From Candidatus Latescibacterota bacterium (GTDB taxonomy: Bacteria; Latescibacterota; UBA2968), in contig OZ242010.1 of NCBI GenBank assembly GCA_965204745.1, forward strand, positions 5,344,001-5,408,000: a stretch of DNA of 64,000 nt, written 5' to 3'. The position numbers and the translations under genes are program-made. Shown piece after piece: positions 1-9,067 of the stretch; position 1 is the first letter of the stretch; each line of letters starts with the position of its first letter. The notes beneath the pieces are model-generated. The model saw only the letters and a list, made by a program, of their open reading frames with translations. It was not told where the DNA came from and did not search any database.

Positions 1-1077
1 CTGGAATCGACGAATGTGCTCGTCGTGCCCTACGAGTACATCCGCGACATCGGGGGCGTGTTGGCGTCGGTTGCTATCGCCAATTTCAAGGATGACAGCG
101 GGCAGCCCAAATCGGATTTCGTGCCGGATATCGAGGAGTTCATGGCGCGCGTGTCCCTGACGATGTTCGTGGGCAAAGGCGAAGGCGTCACGGTGTACAG
201 TTCGATAGGGTCCACATCGCTTTCCGGCTTGGGCAATTTGTTCATTCCCATTTTGATCGCCGCGCTCATCGTGCTCAATACCATGATGGGCGCCGTGTAC
301 GAACGCTTCCGCGAGATCGGGATTTATTCATCGGTGGGCTTGGCGCCCAATCACATCGCCGCGCTTTTCCTCGCCGAGGCCGGCGTGTTTGCCACCCTCG
401 GCGCGGTGATGGGCTATTTGATCGGACAGGTGCTCGTGCTCGTGTTGTACAACCAGGGCTTGTTGGGCGGGCTGGAATTGAATTACTCGTCCCTGTCCGC
501 GATTTCCGCCACCCTGATCGTGATGGCAACGGTGTTTCTCTCCGCGCTTTATCCGGCGAAAAAAGCCGCGGATATGGCCGTGCCCGACGTGACCCGCAAG
601 TGGGAATTTCCAGATCCGGATGGGGACCGCTGGGTGTTCGACTTTCCCTTTACCGTGGGCGGGGCCGAGGTCTTGGGCATGTATTCCTATCTGACGCGGG
701 TGTTCGAATCTTATGGCGAGGGGTCCGTAGGCGATTTCGTGGCGGACCACGTCAAGTTCTGGTCCGAGGATCACGCGGGCGAGCCGCAGTACAATATCGA
801 CCTGACCGCGTGGTTGGCGCCTTATGATTTGGGCATCAGCCAGGAAGTGCAACTCAAGGCGATTCCCACGGGGGAACACAATATTTACAAGATCGAGGTG
901 ATCATCAATCGCTTGAGTGGCGATGTGGCGTCGTGGAAGCGGATCAATCGCGGATTTTTGAATGTGCTGCGTAAGCGGTTCCTGGTGTGGCGCACCATTC
1001 CGGGGGACATGAAGTTCAATTACGCAGAAGAAGGCCGCCGGATCTTGTCTGGCGAAGTTTTGGAAGAAGTCGCATAA
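1..1077 (+). CDS. FtsX-like (MacB/LolE-type) permease-domain membrane protein, 5' truncated by window edge
   Basis: Frame is open from base 1. FtsX C-terminal signature VYERFREIGIYSSVG...LFLAEA, with hydrophobic helices and LSALYPAKKAA. Confidence 0.75.
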   Translation: MESTNVLVVPYEYIRDIGGVLASVAIANFKDDSGQPKSDFVPDIEEFMARVSLTMFVGKGEGVTVYSSIGSTSLSGLGNLFIPILIAALIVLNTMMGAVYERFREIGIYSSVGLAPNHIAALFLAEAGVFATLGAVMGYLIGQVLVLVLYNQGLLGGLELNYSSLSAISATLIVMATVFLSALYPAKKAADMAVPDVTRKWEFPDPDGDRWVFDFPFTVGGAEVLGMYSYLTRVFESYGEGSVGDFVADHVKFWSEDHAGEPQYNIDLTAWLAPYDLGISQEVQLKAIPTGEHNIYKIEVIINRLSGDVASWKRINRGFLNVLRKRFLVWRTIPGDMKFNYAEEGRRILSGEVLEEVA

Positions 1078-1111
1078 CGCGCATTCGTGGATTCCTTACC
1101 GGGAGGCAATT

Positions 1112-3166
1112 TTGGCAACCGAACCGAGAGATGCGGAAGAAACAAAAGAGGACCTGGCGGAATACGAACAAATTATGCCAGAGGACGCGCCCTTTGAAGA
1201 GGGCTTTGGCTGGAAGACGATTTGGGCGACGGTGTTCGTGGGCTTGGTGATGCTGCCCGGCGCGATTTATCTGGGCTTGGTGACGGGCCAAAGCATGGCC
1301 GGCGCGTCCGAGTGGGTGACGATCATTCTCTTTCTCGAGATTGCCAAACGCTCGTTTGTGCGCCTCAAAACGCAGGAAATTTTGATCATCTACTGGGTGG
1401 CCGCGGGCCTGTTGGGCATCGGCGTGAAACTCGGCTCGGGCGCGCATCTGTACGGCGGGCCTTTTGGCGGCCTGATCTGGGACCAGTATTTGATTCAATC
1501 GCCCGCGGCAATGGGCCTGGATAAATACATTCCCAACTGGGTGACGCCCCCGCTCGATTCGCCCGTGTATGCGGACCGCACCTTCGTCCATCAGGACTGG
1601 GCTTTGCCGGTGTTGATTCTGTTCTTGGTCATGATCATCAACCAGACTGCGCGCTTGTCCTTTGGGTACGTGATGTTCCGCATTACCAGCGATATCGAGC
1701 AACTGCCCTTTCCGCTCGAGCCGGTTCACGCGCGCGGGTGTACTGCACTGGCCGAGACCTCGTCCAAGACCGAGGGTTGGCGGTGGCGCGTGTTTAGCAC
1801 GGGGACGTGTATTGGGCTCGTCTGGGGCTTGCTCTACGTGGTCGTGCCCACATTGTCCGGCATTTTCCTAACCGAGACCGTTCAGGTCTTGCCCATTCCA
1901 TTTATCGACTTTACGGCCGAGGTCAAGACCATCTTGCCCGCTGCGGTGTTTGGACTGGGAACGGATTTGGGGCATGTGTTGCTCGGGTTCGTCCTGCCGT
2001 TCTACGTGGTGGTCGGGTCCTTTATCGGCGCGGTGCTCGGCAATTTGGTGATCAATCCCATGCTCTATCTCCACACGGATGTGTTGAGCCGCTGGGCGCC
2101 TGGCATGACGGCGATTCCCGCGAGCATTTCCAATCGCTTCGACTTCTGGTTGAGCTTTGGGATCGGCACGTCTATCGTGATCGCGCTCACCGGGTTTTAC
2201 ATGGTGGGCAAAACCCTGCTGGAACAGCGCAAGATGCAACGGGAAACCGGGCATCATTCCCTAAAAATTAGCCTGGATGATTTGCCAGAAGGGCGCGGGG
2301 ATATCGCGCTGAAGTGGCCCCTGGTCTTGTGGGTGCTGGCTTCTTTTGCCGCCATTGGCTTGTGCTATTGGCTCGTGCCCGAATTTCACTGGGGTTGGCT
2401 GGTTTTCTTCGCGTTTATTTATACGCCTGTGTCGTCTTATATCGGCGCGCGGATGATCGGCCTGACGGGCAGCCCTTATGGAGCGAGCATTCCCTATATT
2501 CGGGAAGCGGCCATTTTGCTGTCGGGGTACAAGGGCGTGGCCGTGTGGTTCGCCCCCATTCCCCTGCACGACCACGGGTTGGCCGTGCGGTCATTCAAGC
2601 AACTGGAATTGACCAAGACGAAGATCGGCAGTTATGTCAAAATGGTGGCGATCACGTCGGTTGTGATTTTCCTGTGTAGCTTCATGTTCTACGAGTTTAT
2701 CTGGCGTTTGGGCCCCATTCCATCTTCGACTTATCCCTACGTGCAACTGTTCTGGCCCTTTGAAGCCACGATGCAGACGATGTGGCTCAAATCGACTTTG
2801 CCCCCCGGCGAAGTGCAGGGCGCCGCTGGTTTGGAACTCCTGCGGGATATCATCAAGCCGAAATACATCGGCGTCGGGTTGGTTTCGGGCGGGCTTATCT
2901 ACGTGGCACTGGTCGCCATCAAGGTTCCCGTGCTGGCGTTTTTCGGATTTGTGAATGGCCTGGCCCAATGGCCGCACTTCGTCATTTTGAACTTTGCCGG
3001 CGCCATGCTCGGTCGCTACCATTTTTCCAAGCGGTTCGGCGAGTCCAAATGGAAGGCTTACGCGCCGATTTTGTTGGCGGGCTATTCCTGCGGCATGGGC
3101 CTGATCGGCATGACTTCGATAGCCGTGGCGCTGATTTCCAAGGCCGTGTCTCAGGTGGTGTTTTGA
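1112..3166 (+). CDS. Polytopic membrane protein, OPT/oligopeptide-transporter-like
   Basis: 684 aa with many TM segments and an ExLPFP motif typical of OPT-like transporters. GGGAGG RBS precedes a TTG start. Confidence 0.6.
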   Translation: MATEPRDAEETKEDLAEYEQIMPEDAPFEEGFGWKTIWATVFVGLVMLPGAIYLGLVTGQSMAGASEWVTIILFLEIAKRSFVRLKTQEILIIYWVAAGLLGIGVKLGSGAHLYGGPFGGLIWDQYLIQSPAAMGLDKYIPNWVTPPLDSPVYADRTFVHQDWALPVLILFLVMIINQTARLSFGYVMFRITSDIEQLPFPLEPVHARGCTALAETSSKTEGWRWRVFSTGTCIGLVWGLLYVVVPTLSGIFLTETVQVLPIPFIDFTAEVKTILPAAVFGLGTDLGHVLLGFVLPFYVVVGSFIGAVLGNLVINPMLYLHTDVLSRWAPGMTAIPASISNRFDFWLSFGIGTSIVIALTGFYMVGKTLLEQRKMQRETGHHSLKISLDDLPEGRGDIALKWPLVLWVLASFAAIGLCYWLVPEFHWGWLVFFAFIYTPVSSYIGARMIGLTGSPYGASIPYIREAAILLSGYKGVAVWFAPIPLHDHGLAVRSFKQLELTKTKIGSYVKMVAITSVVIFLCSFMFYEFIWRLGPIPSSTYPYVQLFWPFEATMQTMWLKSTLPPGEVQGAAGLELLRDIIKPKYIGVGLVSGGLIYVALVAIKVPVLAFFGFVNGLAQWPHFVILNFAGAMLGRYHFSKRFGESKWKAYAPILLAGYSCGMGLIGMTSIAVALISKAVSQVVF

Positions 3167-3248
3167 ACTGGAACTTTTAATCGGGCATGGGTCGTCTAAG
3201 GGGTTGCGATGCATGCCCAATTTCACCCTTTTTCAAAGGAGCAACAAG

Positions 3249-3749
3249 ATGCAGAGGTTTCGACTTTTCGGGGTTTTGGCGATGGCGATGCTCATCGCAA
3301 CCGCCTGCGACGTGTGGGCACAGCCGAGAGGCGATGGCGGTGGTCAAGGCCGGCGCGGCGGGGTTCAGGTGCAGCGATTTTTGCCCGTGGAACAAGTGCT
3401 GAGTTATTTGGCATTTAACGACAATATCGCCCTGACGGACGAACAACTCGCCGAGGTGCGCGCAACGCTCAAGGGGATTTACACCAAACGCCAAGAACTC
3501 CAAAGAAGCATGCGCGAGAACAACGATCAGCAAGCGGCCATGCAGTCGGTGCGCGAATTGCGGATGGAGATGACGCAGGGGTTGAGCGCGATTCTCACCG
3601 CCGATCAGACCAAGGTGTTTCAAGAACAGATGCAGCGGATGAGCCAGCGCGGGCAACGCGGGCAGGGCGGTCAGGGGCGTGGTGGTGGCCGTGGTGGTCA
3701 AGGCGGCGGTCGCGGCGGTGGCCAAGGCGGCCAAGGCGGTGGGGCGTAA
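3249..3749 (+). CDS. Secreted Spy/CpxP-like helical protein with Gly/Gln/Arg-rich tails
   Basis: AAGGAG RBS before ATG 3249, signal peptide, two LTxxQ motifs (LTDEQ, LTADQ) and a low-complexity GGQG tail. Confidence 0.6.
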   Translation: MQRFRLFGVLAMAMLIATACDVWAQPRGDGGGQGRRGGVQVQRFLPVEQVLSYLAFNDNIALTDEQLAEVRATLKGIYTKRQELQRSMRENNDQQAAMQSVRELRMEMTQGLSAILTADQTKVFQEQMQRMSQRGQRGQGGQGRGGGRGGQGGGRGGGQGGQGGGA

Positions 3750-3760
3750 TACCAATCGTG

Positions 3761-3960
3761 CCTTTGAACTGGCTGTCGCCAGTTGTACCCCGCTCGTGCC
3801 TTTTGTGCCTTTTGTGCCTTTTGTGGCTAAACTCACCTCTCACCTCTCACCTCTCACCTCTCACCTCTCACCTCTCACCTCTCACCTCTCACCTCTCACC
3901 TTTGAACCTGGCTATCGCCAGTTGTATCCCTTTTGTGCCTTTTGTGCCTTTTGTGGCTAT
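3761..3960. repeat. Composite intergenic repeat: two 36-bp hairpin elements, (GTGCCTTTT)n and (CTCACCT)10
   Basis: Read directly. CTCACCT x10 at 3832-3901; CCTTTGAACTGGCTGTCGCCAGTTGTACCCCGCTCG at 3761 and a variant at 3899. Confidence 0.9.
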
Positions 3961-3967
3961 CACCTCC

Positions 3968-4006
3968 AAGCGGGTTTCTTTGACAGAAGCCCGCTTTTGT
4001 TTTTTT
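3968..4006 (+). terminator. Rho-independent terminator
   Basis: AAGCGGGTTTCT-ttgac-AGAAGCCCGCTT hairpin followed by a T-run. Confidence 0.55.
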
Positions 4007-4056
4007 ATTTTTCCGGAAAATGGGTTACATTGCCACACACATTCTGGGAGGGTGTC

Positions 4057-5403
4057 GTGGTACCCAAATTTTTCAAACATCTCGAGCGGCCTTTTTCGTT
4101 CGCGGTCGTGAGCGATACGCATTTTGTGACGCGCGATTTCGTCGGGCAAGCGTTTGACGAGACGCGGCCGCTCAATGCCGAGGGGTACGCGGAAAACGTG
4201 ACCTATTCGCTCGCGCCGATGATGGATGCGCTGCGCGATCTCAAGCCCGATTTTCTCGTTCTGACCGGCGATGTGGCCGAACAGCCCTTAAAACCGGAAC
4301 GCCACGCCGAGAACCTCGAAGCCGCGCTGGATTTTTTTGCGACGAGCGAGATCCCCCTGATCGTGGCGCGGGGCAACCGGGATGGCGCGGCTGTTTTTGA
4401 CGAGGTCGTCGGGCCGCGCACGGCGCGATTGCTCGGGCAGGACGCGCCCTATTTTGCGTTTGAGGTGGCTGGGTGCCAGTTCGCGGTTTTGGATACGCCG
4501 TGTTGGGATGCCAAGCAGTATCACTGGCTCGACGCGGTGTTGGAATACGACCATGCCCCGCGCTTTTTGCTGGGCCATCATCCCATCTGGCCCGTCGCGC
4601 GCGCTTTTTTTGAGAACCGGGATTTTCAGGCCGATATGGAATCATTGCTGTCTCGCCATGCGGTGGATGCGTATTTTTGCGGGCATTCGCACCATCAAAG
4701 CCTCTTGTTGCACCGCACCCCACATTTGCCGGTGTTGCAGTGCATGGGCGCGCTGATCGGAGTGCCCGAGGCCCTGCCATTGCCGCTCGACCACGTCCAA
4801 GCCCTGTTGCCCACGCCCGATGATATGATGGCGGTTTGGCCCGGGTACCTCGAAAACACGGCGCCGGGTTGGTTCATGGGACATGTGGCACACGGGCATG
4901 CGCGCGTAGCATGGCACCATATCAACCGCGGGGCCGAGGCCATTGTGAAGTGGTTTCGGCCGGGGGATATTCAATCTTTTTGGACGATGGCGCCCGCGCC
5001 CGCGCCGCAACTGGTCGAGGCCAATTTGAGACGCATTCGGCAGGGATTTCTCCGCTTCTGCGCTTACGAGAGCATGGCAGATGCGCGCGTCTTTCTCAAT
5101 GGCAAAGAGATCGGGTTTTTGCCCCGCGCCGATCATTTCGCGCCCAGGCAACTGCCCGTGCCTCCAAACGCGCTCGCGGGTTTGCAGATGGAAAACAAGG
5201 TGCGAATCGAACCGGGCGCAGGCAACGAGATGACCCTCGGTAACCTCGTGCTCGAAGTGGTTATGCCCGGCGGGCGCAACGCACGCTCGCAGATTTTTGA
5301 CGATATTTACACGTGGTCCAACCGGTGGGATGCGTACGAATCCGAGACCGTCAAAAAACTCAAACCGGGCCGTCCTTTGACGACGGTATTGTCTTTCAGG
5401 TGA
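4057..5403 (+). CDS. Calcineurin-like metallophosphoesterase with C-terminal beta domain
   Basis: Motifs SDTH, TGD, GNRD, GHH, GHSH. GTG start after GGGAGG; the longer ORF from 3679 only reads through repeats. Confidence 0.8.
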   Translation: MVPKFFKHLERPFSFAVVSDTHFVTRDFVGQAFDETRPLNAEGYAENVTYSLAPMMDALRDLKPDFLVLTGDVAEQPLKPERHAENLEAALDFFATSEIPLIVARGNRDGAAVFDEVVGPRTARLLGQDAPYFAFEVAGCQFAVLDTPCWDAKQYHWLDAVLEYDHAPRFLLGHHPIWPVARAFFENRDFQADMESLLSRHAVDAYFCGHSHHQSLLLHRTPHLPVLQCMGALIGVPEALPLPLDHVQALLPTPDDMMAVWPGYLENTAPGWFMGHVAHGHARVAWHHINRGAEAIVKWFRPGDIQSFWTMAPAPAPQLVEANLRRIRQGFLRFCAYESMADARVFLNGKEIGFLPRADHFAPRQLPVPPNALAGLQMENKVRIEPGAGNEMTLGNLVLEVVMPGGRNARSQIFDDIYTWSNRWDAYESETVKKLKPGRPLTTVLSFR

Positions 5404-5431
5404 CGAGTCCGCTCTCTGAATGGGAGAACCG

Positions 5432-7450
5432 ATGACCAACCGACTGATCCGCGAGACCAGCCCCTATTTGTTGCAACACGCGCACAATCCGGTCGCGTGG
5501 TATCCTTGGGGCAAAGAGGCGTTTGAAAAGGCCGTTGCCGAAGACAAGCCCATTTTTTTGAGCGTGGGCTATGCGGCCTGCCACTGGTGCCATGTGATGG
5601 CGCACGAGTGTTTTGAAGACCCGGAGATCGCGCGGATTATGAACGCGCATTTCGTCAATGTGAAGGTGGATCGGGAGGAACGCCCGGATGTCGATGAGAT
5701 TTACATGAACGCGGTGCAGGTGATGACCGGATCCGGCGGGTGGCCCATGAGCGTGTTCTTGACGCCGCAGGGCATTCCGTTTTACGGGGGTACGTACTTC
5801 CCCCCGCGCACGCGGCACAATATACCGGGCTTTCCCCACGTCTTGGAATCCGTTGCCAAACACTATCGGGAACGAGGCGACAATGTGGCGGAGGTGGCGA
5901 ATCGGTTGCACGCGCACCTGCGGCAAATGACGCGCATGGACGCGCTGACAGACGCGCTCGGGGATGCGGATTTTGAGATGGCGTTCCAAAAAATCAGGGC
6001 GAATTTCGACTTTCAAAACGGGGGGTTTGGCACGCGACCCAAGTTTCCCAATGCGATGAATCTCGAAGTGTGTTTGCGAACCCATTTGCGGACCGGGAAC
6101 GCCGAGGCCCTGGAGATGGTGACGTTGACTCTGGAGAAGATGGCACACGGAGGGATTTTCGATCAACTCGGCGGGGGGTTTCACCGGTATGCCGTGGATT
6201 CCCGCTGGCTCGTGCCGCATTTTGAAAAGATGTTGTACGACAACGCGCTACTCGCACGGCTGTACACGCAGACCTATTTGGTGACGAAGCGCCCGTTGTT
6301 TGCGCGCATTGCCCGATCCGTTTGCGAGTACGCAATGAGGGAGATGACCGCGCCCGAGGGCGGGTTTTACTCCACGCAAGACGCGGACAGCGAGGGGGAA
6401 GAGGGCAAGTTTTTCGTGTGGGAACCGCAAGAGGTGATCGCGTTGTTGGGCGAGGAGGATGGCGCGGCGTTTTGTCGCTATTGCGATATTACGGCGCGGG
6501 GCAATTTCGAGGGGAAGAATATCCCGAATATCCCGATAGACGAAGAGGTGGATGAAGCCGCGATGGCGCGATGGCGGGCGGTGTTGTTTGAAGCGCGGGA
6601 ACGGCGCGTGAAGCCCGACCGCGATGAGAAAATTCAGGCGAGTTGGAATGGGCTGATGATTTCCGCGTTTGGGCAGGCGTATCGGGCGTTTGGGCAACCG
6701 GCGTATTTGACGCATGCGGCGAATGCAGCGCGGTTTGTCCTCGATCACATGCGGACCGATGAGGGCCTGTTGTTGCACACGTATTGCGATGGTCGGGCGC
6801 GGTTCAATGCCTATTTGGACGATTACGCCTGTTTGATTCTCGGGTTGATCGATTTGTACGAAGCGGGTTTTGACCCGTCCCATCTCGCGGCGGCGCGGGA
6901 TTTGATGGCGGTGATGATCGATCAATTTTGGGATGATGCCGATGGCGGCTTTTTTTATACCGGGAAGGACCACGAGCGCTTGATTGTGCGGTCAAAAAAT
7001 CCCTTTGACAATGCCACGCCTTCGGGCAATTCCACAGGCGCGTTTGCCCTGATGCGGTTGAGTGCATTGCTCGAGCGTGCGGATTGGTGGGCGATGGCCG
7101 AGCGCGTGCTGCATCTTTTTGGTCGGCAGATCCGGGAGGTGCCCTCGGGGTTTGGCAACATGGTGTGCGCGTTGGATCTCTTTTTGCAACGGCCCATCGA
7201 GGTCGCTGTCTTGGGGCCGCGCGACCGTGCAGATACCGCCGCGTTGCGCGATGTGGTCGATCAAACGTGGCGGCCCCAGGTCGTTTTGTGCGGCGGCGAT
7301 TCCGCGTCTGACGCCATCCCCCTGTTGCAAAATCGCGGACTGGTCAATGCCCGCGCCACCGCGTACGTCTGCCGCAATTTCAGTTGTTCCGAACCGGTCA
7401 CCGACGCGGAGGCACTCAGAAAATTGCTGGATAAGCGGGCTGATTTTTGA
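5432..7450 (+). CDS. YyaL/SSP411 (DUF255) thioredoxin-domain protein
   Basis: [19 protein letters not shown], [19 protein letters not shown] and [11 protein letters not shown] are hallmark motifs. Confidence 0.92.
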   Translation: MTNRLIRETSPYLLQHAHNPVAWYPWGKEAFEKAVAEDKPIFLSVGYAACHWCHVMAHECFEDPEIARIMNAHFVNVKVDREERPDVDEIYMNAVQVMTGSGGWPMSVFLTPQGIPFYGGTYFPPRTRHNIPGFPHVLESVAKHYRERGDNVAEVANRLHAHLRQMTRMDALTDALGDADFEMAFQKIRANFDFQNGGFGTRPKFPNAMNLEVCLRTHLRTGNAEALEMVTLTLEKMAHGGIFDQLGGGFHRYAVDSRWLVPHFEKMLYDNALLARLYTQTYLVTKRPLFARIARSVCEYAMREMTAPEGGFYSTQDADSEGEEGKFFVWEPQEVIALLGEEDGAAFCRYCDITARGNFEGKNIPNIPIDEEVDEAAMARWRAVLFEARERRVKPDRDEKIQASWNGLMISAFGQAYRAFGQPAYLTHAANAARFVLDHMRTDEGLLLHTYCDGRARFNAYLDDYACLILGLIDLYEAGFDPSHLAAARDLMAVMIDQFWDDADGGFFYTGKDHERLIVRSKNPFDNATPSGNSTGAFALMRLSALLERADWWAMAERVLHLFGRQIREVPSGFGNMVCALDLFLQRPIEVAVLGPRDRADTAALRDVVDQTWRPQVVLCGGDSASDAIPLLQNRGLVNARATAYVCRNFSCSEPVTDAEALRKLLDKRADF

Positions 7451-7555
7451 ATATATTGAACGCGCCTGGGATTGGGCATTGTTCACGCGCCACAGACGAT
7501 TTTGACGGGGACGCAAACCCCTCATACCATCAACTCCTAACAGAAAGGATAGGTT

Positions 7556-8101
7556 ATGGCAGATGTTTTGATTATTGGCGATGGGCCTGCGGGATTGAGT
7601 GCCGCGTTGTTTTTGGCAAAAAACGGGCAGCGCGTCACCGTGTTCGGGCAAGACAGCACACCCATGCACAAGGCCATGCTCTACAATTATCTGGGCATTC
7701 CCGAGATGACGGGCAGCGAGTTTCAGCGGGTTTCTCGCGCACAAGTTCAGCAGCAGGGCGGTCAAATTGAGGATATGGAAGTGACGCATGCCGAGAAGAC
7801 CGATACCGGCTTTGCCATCACCACTGAGAACGGCGACCGCAGGGAAGGCAAGTATCTCGTGCTCGCCACGGGCACCAATACCAAACTGGCCGAAGGGCTG
7901 AATTTGGACAAGCAGAACAAGGGCATCGTCGCAGATGCCGACGGCAGAACTGCGGTCAAGGGCCTGTTTGCCGTGGGCTGGAACACGCGCCTCATCCGCA
8001 CGCAGGCGATCATTTCCGCGGGCCAAGGCGCGGCCACTGCGCTGGAAATCCTGTCGCTCGAAGCCGGTGAAGATGTGCATGACTTTGACGTCGTCGAGTA
8101 A
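7556..8101 (+). CDS. Short FAD-dependent oxidoreductase (thioredoxin-reductase-like, no NADPH domain)
   Basis: DVLIIGDGPAGLSAA Rossmann motif, LATG, GLFAVG; only 181 aa. Confidence 0.8.
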   Translation: MADVLIIGDGPAGLSAALFLAKNGQRVTVFGQDSTPMHKAMLYNYLGIPEMTGSEFQRVSRAQVQQQGGQIEDMEVTHAEKTDTGFAITTENGDRREGKYLVLATGTNTKLAEGLNLDKQNKGIVADADGRTAVKGLFAVGWNTRLIRTQAIISAGQGAATALEILSLEAGEDVHDFDVVE

Positions 8102-8249
8102 GCCGCTGCGCTGCATACGCATCGCTCCGCGAGGTTCTAGATATGCCCTGTGCAAACTCTGGAGCCTCTCTTTTTTCTTATTACCCCCATGGCCTTGCGC
8201 GTTGATTTTGTCGAGGAAAATGGGCGGGTTGATCAAACGAGAAAGCAAC

Positions 8250-8822
8250 ATGTCTGAAACGCGGTGTGCAAAATTCGATTATGCGAAAACGATTGCCGAT
8301 CCCTTGCGCCGTCGGCTCTATGTTTGCGCGCTTGTGACGGAAGCATTACCACAATCGGATGGGTTGCCTTGTGTGGTCGTTGGGGACAATGCCTTGGAAT
8401 TTTATACGCTTGGTGCGTATGCCACTGTGGATGTCGAACTCGTGAGTGCAAGGCGAACCGAAATTGGCAATTTGTTGGAAAGTTGGGGATTTGAGCGGGC
8501 GGGTAGGCATTGGCATCACGCGGAGTTGGATGTTTTGATCGAGATTCCCGATGATGTTCTCGCCGGATCTGAAGATAAGGTGATCCAGGTCGAGATTGAG
8601 GATTTGACGGTCTATATCATCGGCGTGGAAGATCTCATCATTGATCGACTCGGTGCTTATACCCATTGGCATTCAACCGATGATGGAAATTGGGCACGGG
8701 AACTCATGGTGCTCTACCGGCAAGACATTGACTGGGCATATCTCAAAACCCGCGCCCAATCGGAAGGGATGCTAAAAGCTCTGATCGCGCTTGGAAATCA
8801 GGTAAAGGAAGACGGACAGTGA
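8250..8822 (+). CDS. Putative nucleotidyltransferase (DUF6036/AbiEii-like fold)
   Basis: VVVGxxALEFYTxGxYATxDxE, IGVEDLIIDRL and IDWAYL patterns. Lower GC than neighbours. Confidence 0.6.
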   Translation: MSETRCAKFDYAKTIADPLRRRLYVCALVTEALPQSDGLPCVVVGDNALEFYTLGAYATVDVELVSARRTEIGNLLESWGFERAGRHWHHAELDVLIEIPDDVLAGSEDKVIQVEIEDLTVYIIGVEDLIIDRLGAYTHWHSTDDGNWARELMVLYRQDIDWAYLKTRAQSEGMLKALIALGNQVKEDGQ

Positions 8823-9067
8823 AAACGATAAATTTTGATCAGCACGTTCGGGAAATGCGACCGCGGGCGCGGCGTTATCAAATTGAGCAACGCGCACGAC
8901 AGCGCCATCGTCCGGCCCGTCGGCGGCCTCGAGACGCGGATGCGCGACAGGAGTTGCTTCAGTTGGCATTCAAACGCCGCGCGAAGTGGTTGGCAGATGG
9001 CAGACTCGAAAAACTCGGCCCCAGACACTATCGAGTACGTCTCGATAAGGAGATTCACAATGACTGA
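8819..9067 (+). CDS. Small Arg-rich hypothetical protein, coupled to the nucleotidyltransferase
   Basis: GTGA overlap with the upstream stop. Its own stop overlaps the next ATG (ATGACTGA), and it fills the gap exactly. Confidence 0.6.
   Translation: MKTINFDQHVREMRPRARRYQIEQRARQRHRPARRRPRDADARQELLQLAFKRRAKWLADGRLEKLGPRHYRVRLDKEIHND

Noticed and set aside
3679-4056. N-terminal extension of the metallophosphoesterase (LTSHLSP and VPF repeats)
   Set aside because: Read-through of intergenic heptamer and nonamer DNA. A proper RBS and GTG start lie at 4057.
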